NCBI GenBank assembly: GCA_046759445.1
Contig: JBHICG010000004.1
Coordinates: 32,001-96,000 of the forward strand
Length of the DNA: 64,000 nt
Origin: Candidatus Scalinduaceae bacterium
Lineage (GTDB): Bacteria > Planctomycetota > Brocadiia > Brocadiales > Scalinduaceae
Direction: 5' to 3'
Under the pieces are notes generated by a model. The model did not search any database and was not told where the DNA came from. It saw only the letters and a program-made list of their open reading frames with translations. Positions within the stretch are counted from its first letter, which is position 1. The number at the start of each line of letters is the position of its first letter. Below, one piece after another: positions 51,492 to 60,372 of this stretch. The position numbers and the translations under genes were made by a program.

Positions 51492-52761
51492 GAAGATTTC
51501 TATGCGATACTGGAAGGGAATGGATGGCTATTTGATATTCTTGCTTTTTTCTATCTTCATAAGCAAGCTGGTCGTGGATGCTTTTCTCATCTATATTTTT
51601 GACATCCCTAAGGGTTCTATGGATTACCATTACCTTGCGCAGAACCTCCTTTCCGGTAATGGTTATGTCTTGGAGCCAGACGGGCCACCAAATCTATGGC
51701 GCCCCCCCCTTTACCCCTTCTTTTTAGCTGGAATTTACGGTTTTTTTGGTCAAAATCATGTGGTCCTGGTATTGACACAGATTTTTTTCGATCTCATAAG
51801 TTGCGTGATACTCTTTCTTATCGGAAAGACTATTTTTGATAGAAAAACTGCTTTCATAGCCGTAATGGTTTGGGGGTTCTATCCCTTTTCTACTTATTAT
51901 ACCGCAAGGATTATGACTGAACCTATGTTTACGTTATTACTAGCCCTTTTAATTTATGTAATAATAAAAACAAAGGATAATATCTCTGGGAAAATGGCTT
52001 TTTCAATAGGAGCAATTCAAGCTTTTATTTGTCTTTGTAAGGCGTCAATGTTATATACCTTGCCATTGGTTGCAATCTATTTATTTGGTATACGTAAGAT
52101 CAGGCAATATGTAACTCTCAGGAATATTTTCTTATTATTTCTTGGATTTTTTTTATTTGTTTCACCTTGGACAATCAGGAATTATTTTGTTTCCGAAAGA
52201 TTCATTTTAATCTCAACACCTGGAGGTTATGCCTTTTGGAGCGGAAATTATTTTCTTACGGACGGCAGAGATGATGATGAACTTAGCCCTTATCAGCTTG
52301 AGTTACTTGAAGAAGCCCGGAAGGGAATTGCCACAAACGATAAAGATTTTATGGCACCTGAAAATAGTATTCTCTTTTTAAAAGCCACTATTGAAAACAT
52401 TAAGAGTAAACCTAATGAATTTGTCAAGTTGACTTTTAAAAAATTTCTTAGATTCTGGTATTCTATCTTTCACCCAAAGGTGAAGGGTTTTCAAGTTTGG
52501 GTAACCATACTTCAATTAGGCATCCTTATACCAGGGTTCTTTGGCGTTTATCGAGCAGTAAAAAACAATAAGAATGTCTTTCCTATATTAATGATAATTC
52601 TTTATTTGGTCATTATTCACACCATTACATCTTCAACTCTGAGATATTCTATTCCTATCATGCCTTACATGGTCCTTTTTGCCACCTATTGGTTTAGTGA
52701 AATAAGGATAACGGTGAGAAATTGGACTTCCAAGTTTCAGGGATCACGTTTTTATAAATGA
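51484..52761 (+). CDS. ArnT/PMT-like GT-C glycosyltransferase (paralog A2)
   Basis: DY..LAQNL..GNG, LWRPPLYPFFLA, MTEP, PWTIRNY, GGYAFWSGN, DGRDDD. Confidence 0.85.
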   Translation: MFEKISMRYWKGMDGYLIFLLFSIFISKLVVDAFLIYIFDIPKGSMDYHYLAQNLLSGNGYVLEPDGPPNLWRPPLYPFFLAGIYGFFGQNHVVLVLTQIFFDLISCVILFLIGKTIFDRKTAFIAVMVWGFYPFSTYYTARIMTEPMFTLLLALLIYVIIKTKDNISGKMAFSIGAIQAFICLCKASMLYTLPLVAIYLFGIRKIRQYVTLRNIFLLFLGFFLFVSPWTIRNYFVSERFILISTPGGYAFWSGNYFLTDGRDDDELSPYQLELLEEARKGIATNDKDFMAPENSILFLKATIENIKSKPNEFVKLTFKKFLRFWYSIFHPKVKGFQVWVTILQLGILIPGFFGVYRAVKNNKNVFPILMIILYLVIIHTITSSTLRYSIPIMPYMVLFATYWFSEIRITVRNWTSKFQGSRFYK

Positions 52762-53087
52762 ATTTCTAAATCTCTCCGTTAACAAGAATTTTATGGCTTA
52801 TTAAAGGACACTATGGTAATGAGGTTCCCACCGCCCCCTTTTAAAATGGTCTGCTAAATTGGCCTTTAATATCTTTAATTTCATGTTGAGTACGACATAT
52901 ATTATCATATTTGAGATTTGTAAAGCAGACCTACTAAAAGAAAAGTTTGCAATGCCACGTTGATGTATTTATAATTAATAAAAACCAAAAAAAACTACGC
53001 ACAAAGTCAAGAAATTAGTTGCCAGATGATTACTATAAAGGACTATTTGGAAAATTTAAAGAAACGTATTAATTTAGTTTTGATGCC

Positions 53088-53426
53088 ATGAGGAAGATTA
53101 TTTCTATATTTTTTATCTTTTCATTGCTCCCTTCTCTTTCTCGAGCAGTCGAACTAAAAAACACTAGTTTTTTCATGAAGAGTGTTGGCCAGGCTGACTA
53201 TATAGAAGGAGAGATGCTGGTGAAATATAGGAAAGAAGTTTCTTTGGAGAGAATAGAAGCTATCAATAGTCAATTTGGAGTGGAGGTGATAAAGGTAATG
53301 CCTAGAATTGACGTTTATCATGTTAAGATTCCACCAGATACTACAGTGATTGATATGGTCGAGAAATATTCGAATATTCCTGAAGTAGAATTTGCAGAAC
53401 CAAATTATCAGATGAGGATTGACTAA
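53088..53426 (+). CDS. Small secreted protein consisting of a stand-alone subtilase (S8) propeptide-like domain
   Basis: Signal peptide MRKIISIFFIFSLLPSLSRA; YIEGEMLVKY...VYHVKIP...Y...PEVEFAEPNY followed shortly by a stop. Confidence 0.7.
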   Translation: MRKIISIFFIFSLLPSLSRAVELKNTSFFMKSVGQADYIEGEMLVKYRKEVSLERIEAINSQFGVEVIKVMPRIDVYHVKIPPDTTVIDMVEKYSNIPEVEFAEPNYQMRID

Positions 53427-53575
53427 GCTAGATGTTGCTTTAACTATTTTATTGTGGATTTTATTAATTTTAGGTTTATGAGTATGATCTATCCATGAAA
53501 ATGATATTATGTATTTTTAGATTGTAGAATGGAAATCCAGAGAAACCAACATCATAATTTATCACCAAATGTGTT

Positions 53576-54922
53576 ATGGTGTTCAATGATTATAATTCCA
53601 CCAATATGTCTTCCACTTTTAAAAATGATTCGAAAAAGAAATTATATAGTATTTCTAATCTCATAAGAGAAAGAAAGCGACATGAGATTGTTCTCATTGT
53701 ATTTGCTCTTACAATGCTTACGAACCTCATCTTCGTTTTCCTGGTCTTTTATTTTTCTGAGCCTAATACCGGTACCACAGAATATCAGGAGATTGCCAGA
53801 AATATTGCTCAAGGCAATGGTTTTGTCTTAAAGGAAGGGGGCGAGCCGATTCTCTGGAGGCCACCCCTTTATATATATATCTTATCCTTTTTTTATCATT
53901 TCTCTGATATCCCCTACTGTGCAATAGTTGCCTTTCAAATAGTTTTGAATGCTATGACGGGTGTTGTTGTTTTTCTGATTGGCGAAAGGGTTCTTAACCG
54001 TTCAGTTGGTTTTTTTTCGGCAGTCTTGCTTTCGATATACCCTTTGTTTGTATATAATTGTCTTCGTTTAATGCCGGAGGCCTTATTTGCTTTTCTTATT
54101 TCCATTATAGTACTTCTTACATTAGATTTTCTCAAAGGAACAAATTGGAAGCTCTCTATTCTTCTCGGTTTATTTCTAGGGCTGGCATCTCTTTCTAGGG
54201 CTGCTATACAGTTTTATCCTATAATACTTTTCTTTGTTACGGTGTTCTTTTTAAAAAAACGAGAAAAGTTGTATGGTCAAATAAGAAATCTGTCCATATT
54301 GGCAGTTATAATGCTTGCTACTATACTTCCCTGGACAATCAGAAATTATGTAGTTTCTAAAGAATTTATCTTTCTTGATACCTCAGGAGGGTATACCTTT
54401 TGGATTGGAAATCGTATTGCAACAGATGGCTACGATGATGATCCCCTAACAGAAGAAGAATTTATCGATGTAGAAAAGGATCTAGCAAGAATACTAGAGT
54501 TGAAATACACGCCTTCTTTTGATGTATCCACTACTGCCTGGGCTAGTGGGGCAAACAGTAGTAAGCTATATTTGGAAGGAATTAAGAATATAATTAAAAG
54601 CCCTTCTGGGACTCTTTTGCTGTGGTTTAAGAAGTTGTATCGATTATGGTTCTCTTATATTGGAGAAAAATCGAAACTCCAATTTATTATCTTCTTTATT
54701 CAAATTCCACTATTAGTAGCTGCAGTTTTTGGTATATATTTGTCTTTTAGAGATGGAAGGTCTATCTTCCCTCTTATTTTAATGATCACTTATTTTTCTG
54801 TAATCCATATGGCTGCAACTGCAAATGTGAGGCATAGTGTAGCGATAATACCTTATGTTATCATCCTAGCCGTATACGTCGTAGATAACTTGAAAAGAAG
54901 GTTTCTGGTAAAGAGATGTTAA
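53576..54922 (+). CDS. ArnT/PMT-like GT-C glycosyltransferase (paralog A3)
   Basis: EY.EIARNI..GNG, LWRPPLY, LMPE, PWTIRNY, GGYTFWIGN, DGYDDD. Confidence 0.85.
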   Translation: MVFNDYNSTNMSSTFKNDSKKKLYSISNLIRERKRHEIVLIVFALTMLTNLIFVFLVFYFSEPNTGTTEYQEIARNIAQGNGFVLKEGGEPILWRPPLYIYILSFFYHFSDIPYCAIVAFQIVLNAMTGVVVFLIGERVLNRSVGFFSAVLLSIYPLFVYNCLRLMPEALFAFLISIIVLLTLDFLKGTNWKLSILLGLFLGLASLSRAAIQFYPIILFFVTVFFLKKREKLYGQIRNLSILAVIMLATILPWTIRNYVVSKEFIFLDTSGGYTFWIGNRIATDGYDDDPLTEEEFIDVEKDLARILELKYTPSFDVSTTAWASGANSSKLYLEGIKNIIKSPSGTLLLWFKKLYRLWFSYIGEKSKLQFIIFFIQIPLLVAAVFGIYLSFRDGRSIFPLILMITYFSVIHMAATANVRHSVAIIPYVIILAVYVVDNLKRRFLVKRC

Positions 54923-57021
54923 AATCACTCTCCGACATATCACTGCTGTTTTTAATACTATTATCTAAAATTGTTTTACAGGTATTTATTCTTAGGGATG
55001 GATTTATTGCAGTGTCCGGTGATGACTTTTTAAGGACTCTTATCTCTTATGAATGGTCTAAGGAACCGTTTATGGCTTCTACCTCCTTTGGTGAGGTTTC
55101 TGCTACATGGATGCCTCTTCATTTTTGGATTGTTGGTTCCTTACTAAAGATTTACATGGATTTATGGGTAATTCCAGCATTAGTAAGCCTCATTTTTTCT
55201 CTATTAACGTTAGTCATGCTATATTTAATAGCTCAACACCTTTTTAATAGTAAGGTTGGGTTGATAACAGTTCTTCTGGCAGGATTTTTTCCCTGGGAAG
55301 TATGGTTGAGTGTTTCAGGAACGGCAGCTACGATTTATCAATTTACAATTGTTACTGGTATATATTACGTATTGAAGTGGGAGGGAAGTAAAAAATCCAA
55401 TAGTAAAATATTATTTTTAGCATCCCTTGCTTTTTTGGCATCGACTATGTTGAGACCGGGAGGTTGGATTTTTACGGTCGTATTTAGTTCATATCTCTTG
55501 TACCTTATTTTTACCCGGTCAAAGAGTCCCACTGTTTATGCCAATAATGGTAATAGTAAAGAAAAATCAACAGTTACAGGAGGGTTTAAAGTTCTGGGGG
55601 GATTTACCAATTGGAAAAAGATAGAGCACAAGGGATTCATGACCATTGCAATGATTCTTTCATGGCTATTTATTGGTTATTGGTTATATTTTAATTACAC
55701 TGCTTATGGTGATTTTCTCTATTTTGTCAAGCAGAGTCAACAGAGCTATCAAATGGAAGCCGCAAACCTGGATTCGCTGGCTATTAGAATCTTTAAGTAT
55801 CCGGTGATTATGTTCTTTGTATCTCCTATCATTTTTTTTTTGAGTGTCTTTTCCTTGGTGTATTTTATAAGGTCTTGGAGCAAGGCAGGTGTTGCAAGAA
55901 TTTACCTATTTTTCATCCTAGCTGGACTTTTACTGTTGATATTAGGAAGCGTTCTTGGTTCTGGTACCAGGAGTACTCCGCAGAGGTATGTGATATTAAA
56001 TCTAATTCTGTTCATTCCGCTTGTATCGTACATGTTTGATAACTATCTTAAACGAGATGGGTGGAAGAGTATAATATCAGTGGCTATAGCGCTTATACTT
56101 GGCCTAAATATCGTATTAAGTTTTAATTACCCGACGGCATACAGTGATGAAGCGAAGGTGGGAAGATTCTTAAGGGATCAATGGAGGGAAAGGAGACTTA
56201 GTGAGGAAGAGATGGTTAGTGCAGAAAGGACCTTTCAGGCATACAGTAATATTCCGCTTACGGGTTATTTAGAAAGAATGTATTCGTTGACAAATCGCTG
56301 GGCTATGCAAGTTCTGTCAAATCATCCCGAAAATTTTGTTTTTAGTATAATAGAAGATATTGATTTAGACTTGAATATGAATCGGCGAAAAATTGCCGAA
56401 TATTTTCAAAAACGTAAAATTAAATTGATTACCGTAAAATCTGAAGAAGCTGTAAAGAAGATTCCTAAGGCCTTCAATTTTGTTGGCACTGTCGGGGGGT
56501 ACATGTTGTTCTCTGATGAATCAGATATTTTCAAAGGGTCAATACCTTCTCATTTAGGCAAGATTAACTATAAGATAATGAAGAATTTTGGTAATGCTGT
56601 AACTCTTTTAGGTTATAATGTTGATAATGGTTCCTTTCCGAGATATATATCGCTGTACTTGAAGCTCTTGAAAAAGACAGAAATAGACTATAGATTTTCT
56701 GTTAAATATATAGATACCGTGGAGAAAAATATACACCACTCGGTCATTACAGCCCCACACTATGGTGCATATAATACAAGCCAGTGGAAAACAAATGAAG
56801 TCATAGAAGAACGTTTATATTTTCCTTATAAAGATGAGCTTGTACCAGATGAATATATACTAAGGCTATCTCTTATAGACCCTTATGGTGAGATGGTCGG
56901 AAAAGAATTGGATATAGGTCCCTTTTATGTTATATCATCAAAACGGGCTGTAATTAAGGAATTCTTAACTGGGGGAAAAAGAGACCCATGGCTCCTTTTC
57001 AGGGTTTTGATTACTCTTTAA
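54916..57021 (+). CDS. Putative GT-C glycosyltransferase with a C-terminal extracytoplasmic beta domain
   Basis: SGDDFLR after TM1, WMPLHFW, MLRP.GW, QRY; C-terminal FG..VTLLGY...TSQWK.NEVIEE...Y.LRL.L domain. Confidence 0.7.
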   Translation: MLKSLSDISLLFLILLSKIVLQVFILRDGFIAVSGDDFLRTLISYEWSKEPFMASTSFGEVSATWMPLHFWIVGSLLKIYMDLWVIPALVSLIFSLLTLVMLYLIAQHLFNSKVGLITVLLAGFFPWEVWLSVSGTAATIYQFTIVTGIYYVLKWEGSKKSNSKILFLASLAFLASTMLRPGGWIFTVVFSSYLLYLIFTRSKSPTVYANNGNSKEKSTVTGGFKVLGGFTNWKKIEHKGFMTIAMILSWLFIGYWLYFNYTAYGDFLYFVKQSQQSYQMEAANLDSLAIRIFKYPVIMFFVSPIIFFLSVFSLVYFIRSWSKAGVARIYLFFILAGLLLLILGSVLGSGTRSTPQRYVILNLILFIPLVSYMFDNYLKRDGWKSIISVAIALILGLNIVLSFNYPTAYSDEAKVGRFLRDQWRERRLSEEEMVSAERTFQAYSNIPLTGYLERMYSLTNRWAMQVLSNHPENFVFSIIEDIDLDLNMNRRKIAEYFQKRKIKLITVKSEEAVKKIPKAFNFVGTVGGYMLFSDESDIFKGSIPSHLGKINYKIMKNFGNAVTLLGYNVDNGSFPRYISLYLKLLKKTEIDYRFSVKYIDTVEKNIHHSVITAPHYGAYNTSQWKTNEVIEERLYFPYKDELVPDEYILRLSLIDPYGEMVGKELDIGPFYVISSKRAVIKEFLTGGKRDPWLLFRVLITL

Positions 57022-57046
57022 ACTTAGTATTTGAAAAGTATGAATA

Positions 57047-58123
57047 ATGATGGTTCTTTTTTCAAAAGAAATAGTTAAAGGCACAAGCAAGATTAAGAGG
57101 CTTTTTGATCCCCCAACTCCTTTAAGGGTTAAGAGGGCAAATCTTGCTATTACGTATTTGTGCGATAGCAAGTGTCAGATGTGTAATATATGGCAGGAAT
57201 ACAGAAACAAACCTGAGGAGAGAGAAAACGAAATAACATTTGATGAAATTAAAAAAATGTTAGAAGAGTCAAAATACCTTGAGTCATTAGACGAAATACT
57301 ATTAACCGGTGGGGAGCCGTTTCTTAGAAACGACCTTTACAAAATCTTTCAATACATTACCTCAAAATATAAATATGCGGGCATCGTCATATCCACCAAT
57401 GGTATGCTCGGGAGACGTATAATTGAAACATTAAAAAAGATGCTCGAGTTGGATGGGGCATCAAGGATGATTCTTGTATTTTCAATTGATGGAATCGGTG
57501 AAAAGCACGATAAGATCAGGGGCATAAAAGGGGCCTTTAATAAGACCTTGGGTACGATTAAGTTAGTTAAGGAATTAGACCCGTCAATGCAGCTTGGACT
57601 CAGTTGCACGATAACACAAGAGAATTATGATGACTTTGCCTCCGTATACGAGCTTTCAAAGGAACTCCATGTAGGGTTTACTATGAGGTTTGCGGCCACA
57701 AGTGGGAACTTTTATGCAAATAAGGAAAATAAGTATCATTGGCCGAAAGAAGTATTGGATAAAATTGAGGAAGAGATCAACAAAATAATAGATGATATTT
57801 CCAATAACCGCAATATCATAAAGAGGTTCTTTAATCCAGACACCTATTTCTTCTCCAGACTTGTAGATTATCAGAAAAATCCCAGACGCATATTTCAATG
57901 TTACTCAGGTATTCATTCATTCTTTCTTGACCCATATGGAAATGTTTATCCTTGTATATATATTGATGAATCACTTGGAAACATTAGAAATACACCATTT
58001 GATGAGATGTGGTTCTCTTCAAAGGCACAAAGGTTAAGAGAGTTCATTAAGAATGAGAAATGTCATTGTTGGTCTGAGTGTGAGGTTCTGCCATCGCTAC
58101 AAAGAAGAATAATTAGACGATAG
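57047..58123 (+). CDS. Radical SAM protein with twitch/SPASM-type domain
   Basis: CDSKCQMC, LTGGEPFLR, STNG, SIDG; C-terminal CYSG...DPYGNVYPC...LGNIR...CHCWSEC. Confidence 0.9.
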   Translation: MMVLFSKEIVKGTSKIKRLFDPPTPLRVKRANLAITYLCDSKCQMCNIWQEYRNKPEERENEITFDEIKKMLEESKYLESLDEILLTGGEPFLRNDLYKIFQYITSKYKYAGIVISTNGMLGRRIIETLKKMLELDGASRMILVFSIDGIGEKHDKIRGIKGAFNKTLGTIKLVKELDPSMQLGLSCTITQENYDDFASVYELSKELHVGFTMRFAATSGNFYANKENKYHWPKEVLDKIEEEINKIIDDISNNRNIIKRFFNPDTYFFSRLVDYQKNPRRIFQCYSGIHSFFLDPYGNVYPCIYIDESLGNIRNTPFDEMWFSSKAQRLREFIKNEKCHCWSECEVLPSLQRRIIRR

Positions 58124-58131
58124 GCAAAATT

Positions 58132-59238
58132 ATGGCGACAAAACGGATTATCATGATTGAGCCTTGTGGTAAACGTGGTATAATTCATTATACCCATAAT
58201 TTAAGTAACGAATTAGTCAGACTTGGTCATCAAGTCTTATTGGTTACTTCCTTAGGCTTTGAAACAAAGGGGCTGAGGAGAAACTATCAGGCTATAGAGG
58301 TTTTTGACAGGTTTATGCCCCATCCTTTCAGGTTCTGTAATTTCCTAATAAGAACGGTACGGATTAAACCCGACATTATACACCTTCAAGGTGCAATACA
58401 TCCCATTTTATATTTTTTTTTACTGAAGGTGTTGAGAAGGATATCCAGGGCTAAGTTCATCTATACAGCCCATGAGGTTATTCCAAAGGGCAAGAAATGG
58501 TATGGAAACTATGGTTTACTTACGAGACTGTACCAGATTGTCAATAGTATTATAGTTCATGCAAATACATCCAAAGAGGAAATTGTAGGGTATTTCAATA
58601 TAAAACCTGAAAAGATTTTTATTTCATTGCATGGAAACTATATTTTTTTTAGAAAGATAAGTGATGATATAGAAGATAGCATAGAGAGATGCAGCAATCA
58701 AAAGGTAATCCTTTTTTTTGGGATAATTGAGGAAAGAAAAGGATTGATATACTTGATCCGGGCATTTTCTCAGGTGAGGAAAAAGATTTATAATGTAAGG
58801 CTTCTCATAGTTGGACAACCATTTGAGGATGTAACCCCTTATTTGAAAGAGATTAAAATATTGAATCTTCAGAGTTGGGTGGATACCCACTTTGAGTATA
58901 TTCCTGTAAAGGAAGTATCTAAGTATTTTAGGTTTGCTGACATTGTTGTTCTTCCATATATTTATGCTTCTCAGAGTGGCGTAATAGCAGCAGCTTATTC
59001 TTTTGCTAAGCCCGTAATAGCGACTAATTGTGGAGGATTATCTGAGATGGTTGAGGATGGAAAGAGTGGTTTTATCGTGCCAGCTAAAGATGTTGAAAGC
59101 CTAACCTCTGCTATGGTAAAGATATTAAAGGATGATATTTTGAGGGATAGAATGGGAAAGTATGCAGAAAGATTAGCCAGAGAGAAATTCTCCTGGGATA
59201 AGATTGCCAAGGGTATCGAGAGGATCTATGAGTCTTAA
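58132..59238 (+). CDS. GT4 glycosyltransferase
   Basis: PDIIHLQ, YTAHEV.P, FFGII..RKGL, VLPY..ASQSGV, KPVIATNCGGL.E. Confidence 0.9.
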   Translation: MATKRIIMIEPCGKRGIIHYTHNLSNELVRLGHQVLLVTSLGFETKGLRRNYQAIEVFDRFMPHPFRFCNFLIRTVRIKPDIIHLQGAIHPILYFFLLKVLRRISRAKFIYTAHEVIPKGKKWYGNYGLLTRLYQIVNSIIVHANTSKEEIVGYFNIKPEKIFISLHGNYIFFRKISDDIEDSIERCSNQKVILFFGIIEERKGLIYLIRAFSQVRKKIYNVRLLIVGQPFEDVTPYLKEIKILNLQSWVDTHFEYIPVKEVSKYFRFADIVVLPYIYASQSGVIAAAYSFAKPVIATNCGGLSEMVEDGKSGFIVPAKDVESLTSAMVKILKDDILRDRMGKYAERLAREKFSWDKIAKGIERIYES

Positions 59239-59929
59239 ACCAGAGTTATCCATCGTAATCCCTCTTTTTAATGAAGAAAGAAATGTTGAGGTAGTAACAA
59301 AAGAACTTGTTGCAGAACTCGAAGTAAATGAAATAACTTATGAGTTAATACTCGTAGATAATGGTTCTTTTGATAGAACATCAAGGATAATAGAGGAATT
59401 AGTTGATGAAAACCCTAGAATAAAACCAATTTATTTATCTCAAAATCAAGGTTATGGAGGAGGGATTCTGGCTGGGCTGAGTGAATGTAATGGAAGGTAT
59501 ATAGGTTATATGTGGGGAGATAGGCAGGTAGTTGCCAAGGATGTTATAAGGATATTTAAGAAACTTAAAGACGAGGGATTAGATTTATGTAAATCTATTC
59601 GCATCGAGCGCCATGATGGACTGAAAAGAAAGATTATTACGAAGGCATACAATTTTATATTCCCCTTTTTCTTTAGTGTATCTTCGAGGGACATAAACGG
59701 TTGTCCGAAGATGTTCAAAAGCGAACGTTTCTACGAACTCAATATTACATTGAGGGACTGGTTTATAGACCCGGAGATAATGGTTAAATCTCAAAAGAGG
59801 AATTTCAAGATCGGTGAGGTACCTGTGATCTTTTATAGTAGGAATCACGGATCTTCAAATGTTAGATTATGTACTGTTTTCGAATTCATTAAGAATATGA
59901 TTTATTTTAAATTTAAAGGGATATTATGA
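59228..59929 (+). CDS. GT2, DPM1-like polyprenol-phosphate glycosyltransferase
   Basis: LSIVIPLFNEE, VDNGSFD, NQGYGGG, DINGCPK, FIDPE, EVPV.F..R..GSS. Start reassigned to ATG 59228. Confidence 0.88.
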   Translation: MSLKPELSIVIPLFNEERNVEVVTKELVAELEVNEITYELILVDNGSFDRTSRIIEELVDENPRIKPIYLSQNQGYGGGILAGLSECNGRYIGYMWGDRQVVAKDVIRIFKKLKDEGLDLCKSIRIERHDGLKRKIITKAYNFIFPFFFSVSSRDINGCPKMFKSERFYELNITLRDWFIDPEIMVKSQKRNFKIGEVPVIFYSRNHGSSNVRLCTVFEFIKNMIYFKFKGIL

Positions 59930-59934
59930 CATTC

Positions 59935-60031
59935 AGTAGAGCGTTTCATTAATATATTTGCATTTCAACATATGGTAGCCGCAATCTTTAGGTTGCGGCT
60001 ACCTGTAAACATTTTAATGAAACGTTATACT
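59935..60031. mobile_element. Short MITE-like element enclosing a GTAG-type palindrome
   Basis: 16/18 terminal inverted repeat AGTAGAGCGTTTCATTAA / TTAATGAAACGTTATACT; central hairpin GGTAGCCGCAA-N8-TTGCGGCTACC (59974-60003). Confidence 0.65.
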
Positions 60032-60112
60032 AGTATAGCATTTACTGTTCGGTACGAAAACTGCTTAAGCTCAAAATACGATCGAACAATTGCTTCAGTG
60101 AGGATTTGAGAG

Positions 60113-60240
60113 TGTCATTCCTGCCTGCCATCGGACGGGTAGGCAGGCTGAGCCCTTCGCTTTATGTCATTCTGAGCGTAGCGAAGAATCTTGACCTTGG
60201 TGTAATAGATTCTTCGGTCGCGAACTCCCTCAGAATGACA
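60113..60240. repeat. Cluster of TGTCATTCTGAG-type REP palindromes with a nested hairpin
   Basis: TGTCATTCTGAGCGTAGCGAAGAATCT ... AGATTCTTCG...CTCAGAATGACA (60165-60240), preceded by a copy interrupted by CCTGCCTGCC-N8-GGTAGGCAGG. Confidence 0.75.
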
Positions 60241-60372
60241 AATTCCGGCATTTTGTACCACTGACAAAAATTGTGCTGAACAATATTGGGACAAGGCCGT
60301 AGTGCTGGATTAACAATAAAATAAATATTAAGAGGTTAATAATAGAAAAAAGTATTTTTACGGGGTGATTAA

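Noticed and set aside
51702..51709. C8 homopolymer (and G7 near 47678) as phase-variation tracts
   Set aside because: They encode conserved motifs (WRPPLY, SGGEP), are short, and the genes are in frame.
52839..52939. Weak inverted repeat GGTCTGCT / AGCAGACC in the gap before the propeptide gene
   Set aside because: Only an 8-bp core with poor flanking match and no second copy in the window; insufficient to call an element.
25619..58123. Radical SAM cluster as ladderane or hopanoid lipid biosynthesis genes
   Set aside because: No acyl carrier protein, fab, squalene-hopene cyclase or other recognisable hpn genes are in the window; the neighbours are glycosyltransferases and sugar enzymes. Not excluded, but unsupported.
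25619..58123. Twitch/SPASM radical SAMs as RiPP maturases
   Set aside because: No precursor peptide, PqqD/RRE domain, peptidase or peptide exporter was seen; the auxiliary domains are short and the context is glycan synthesis.
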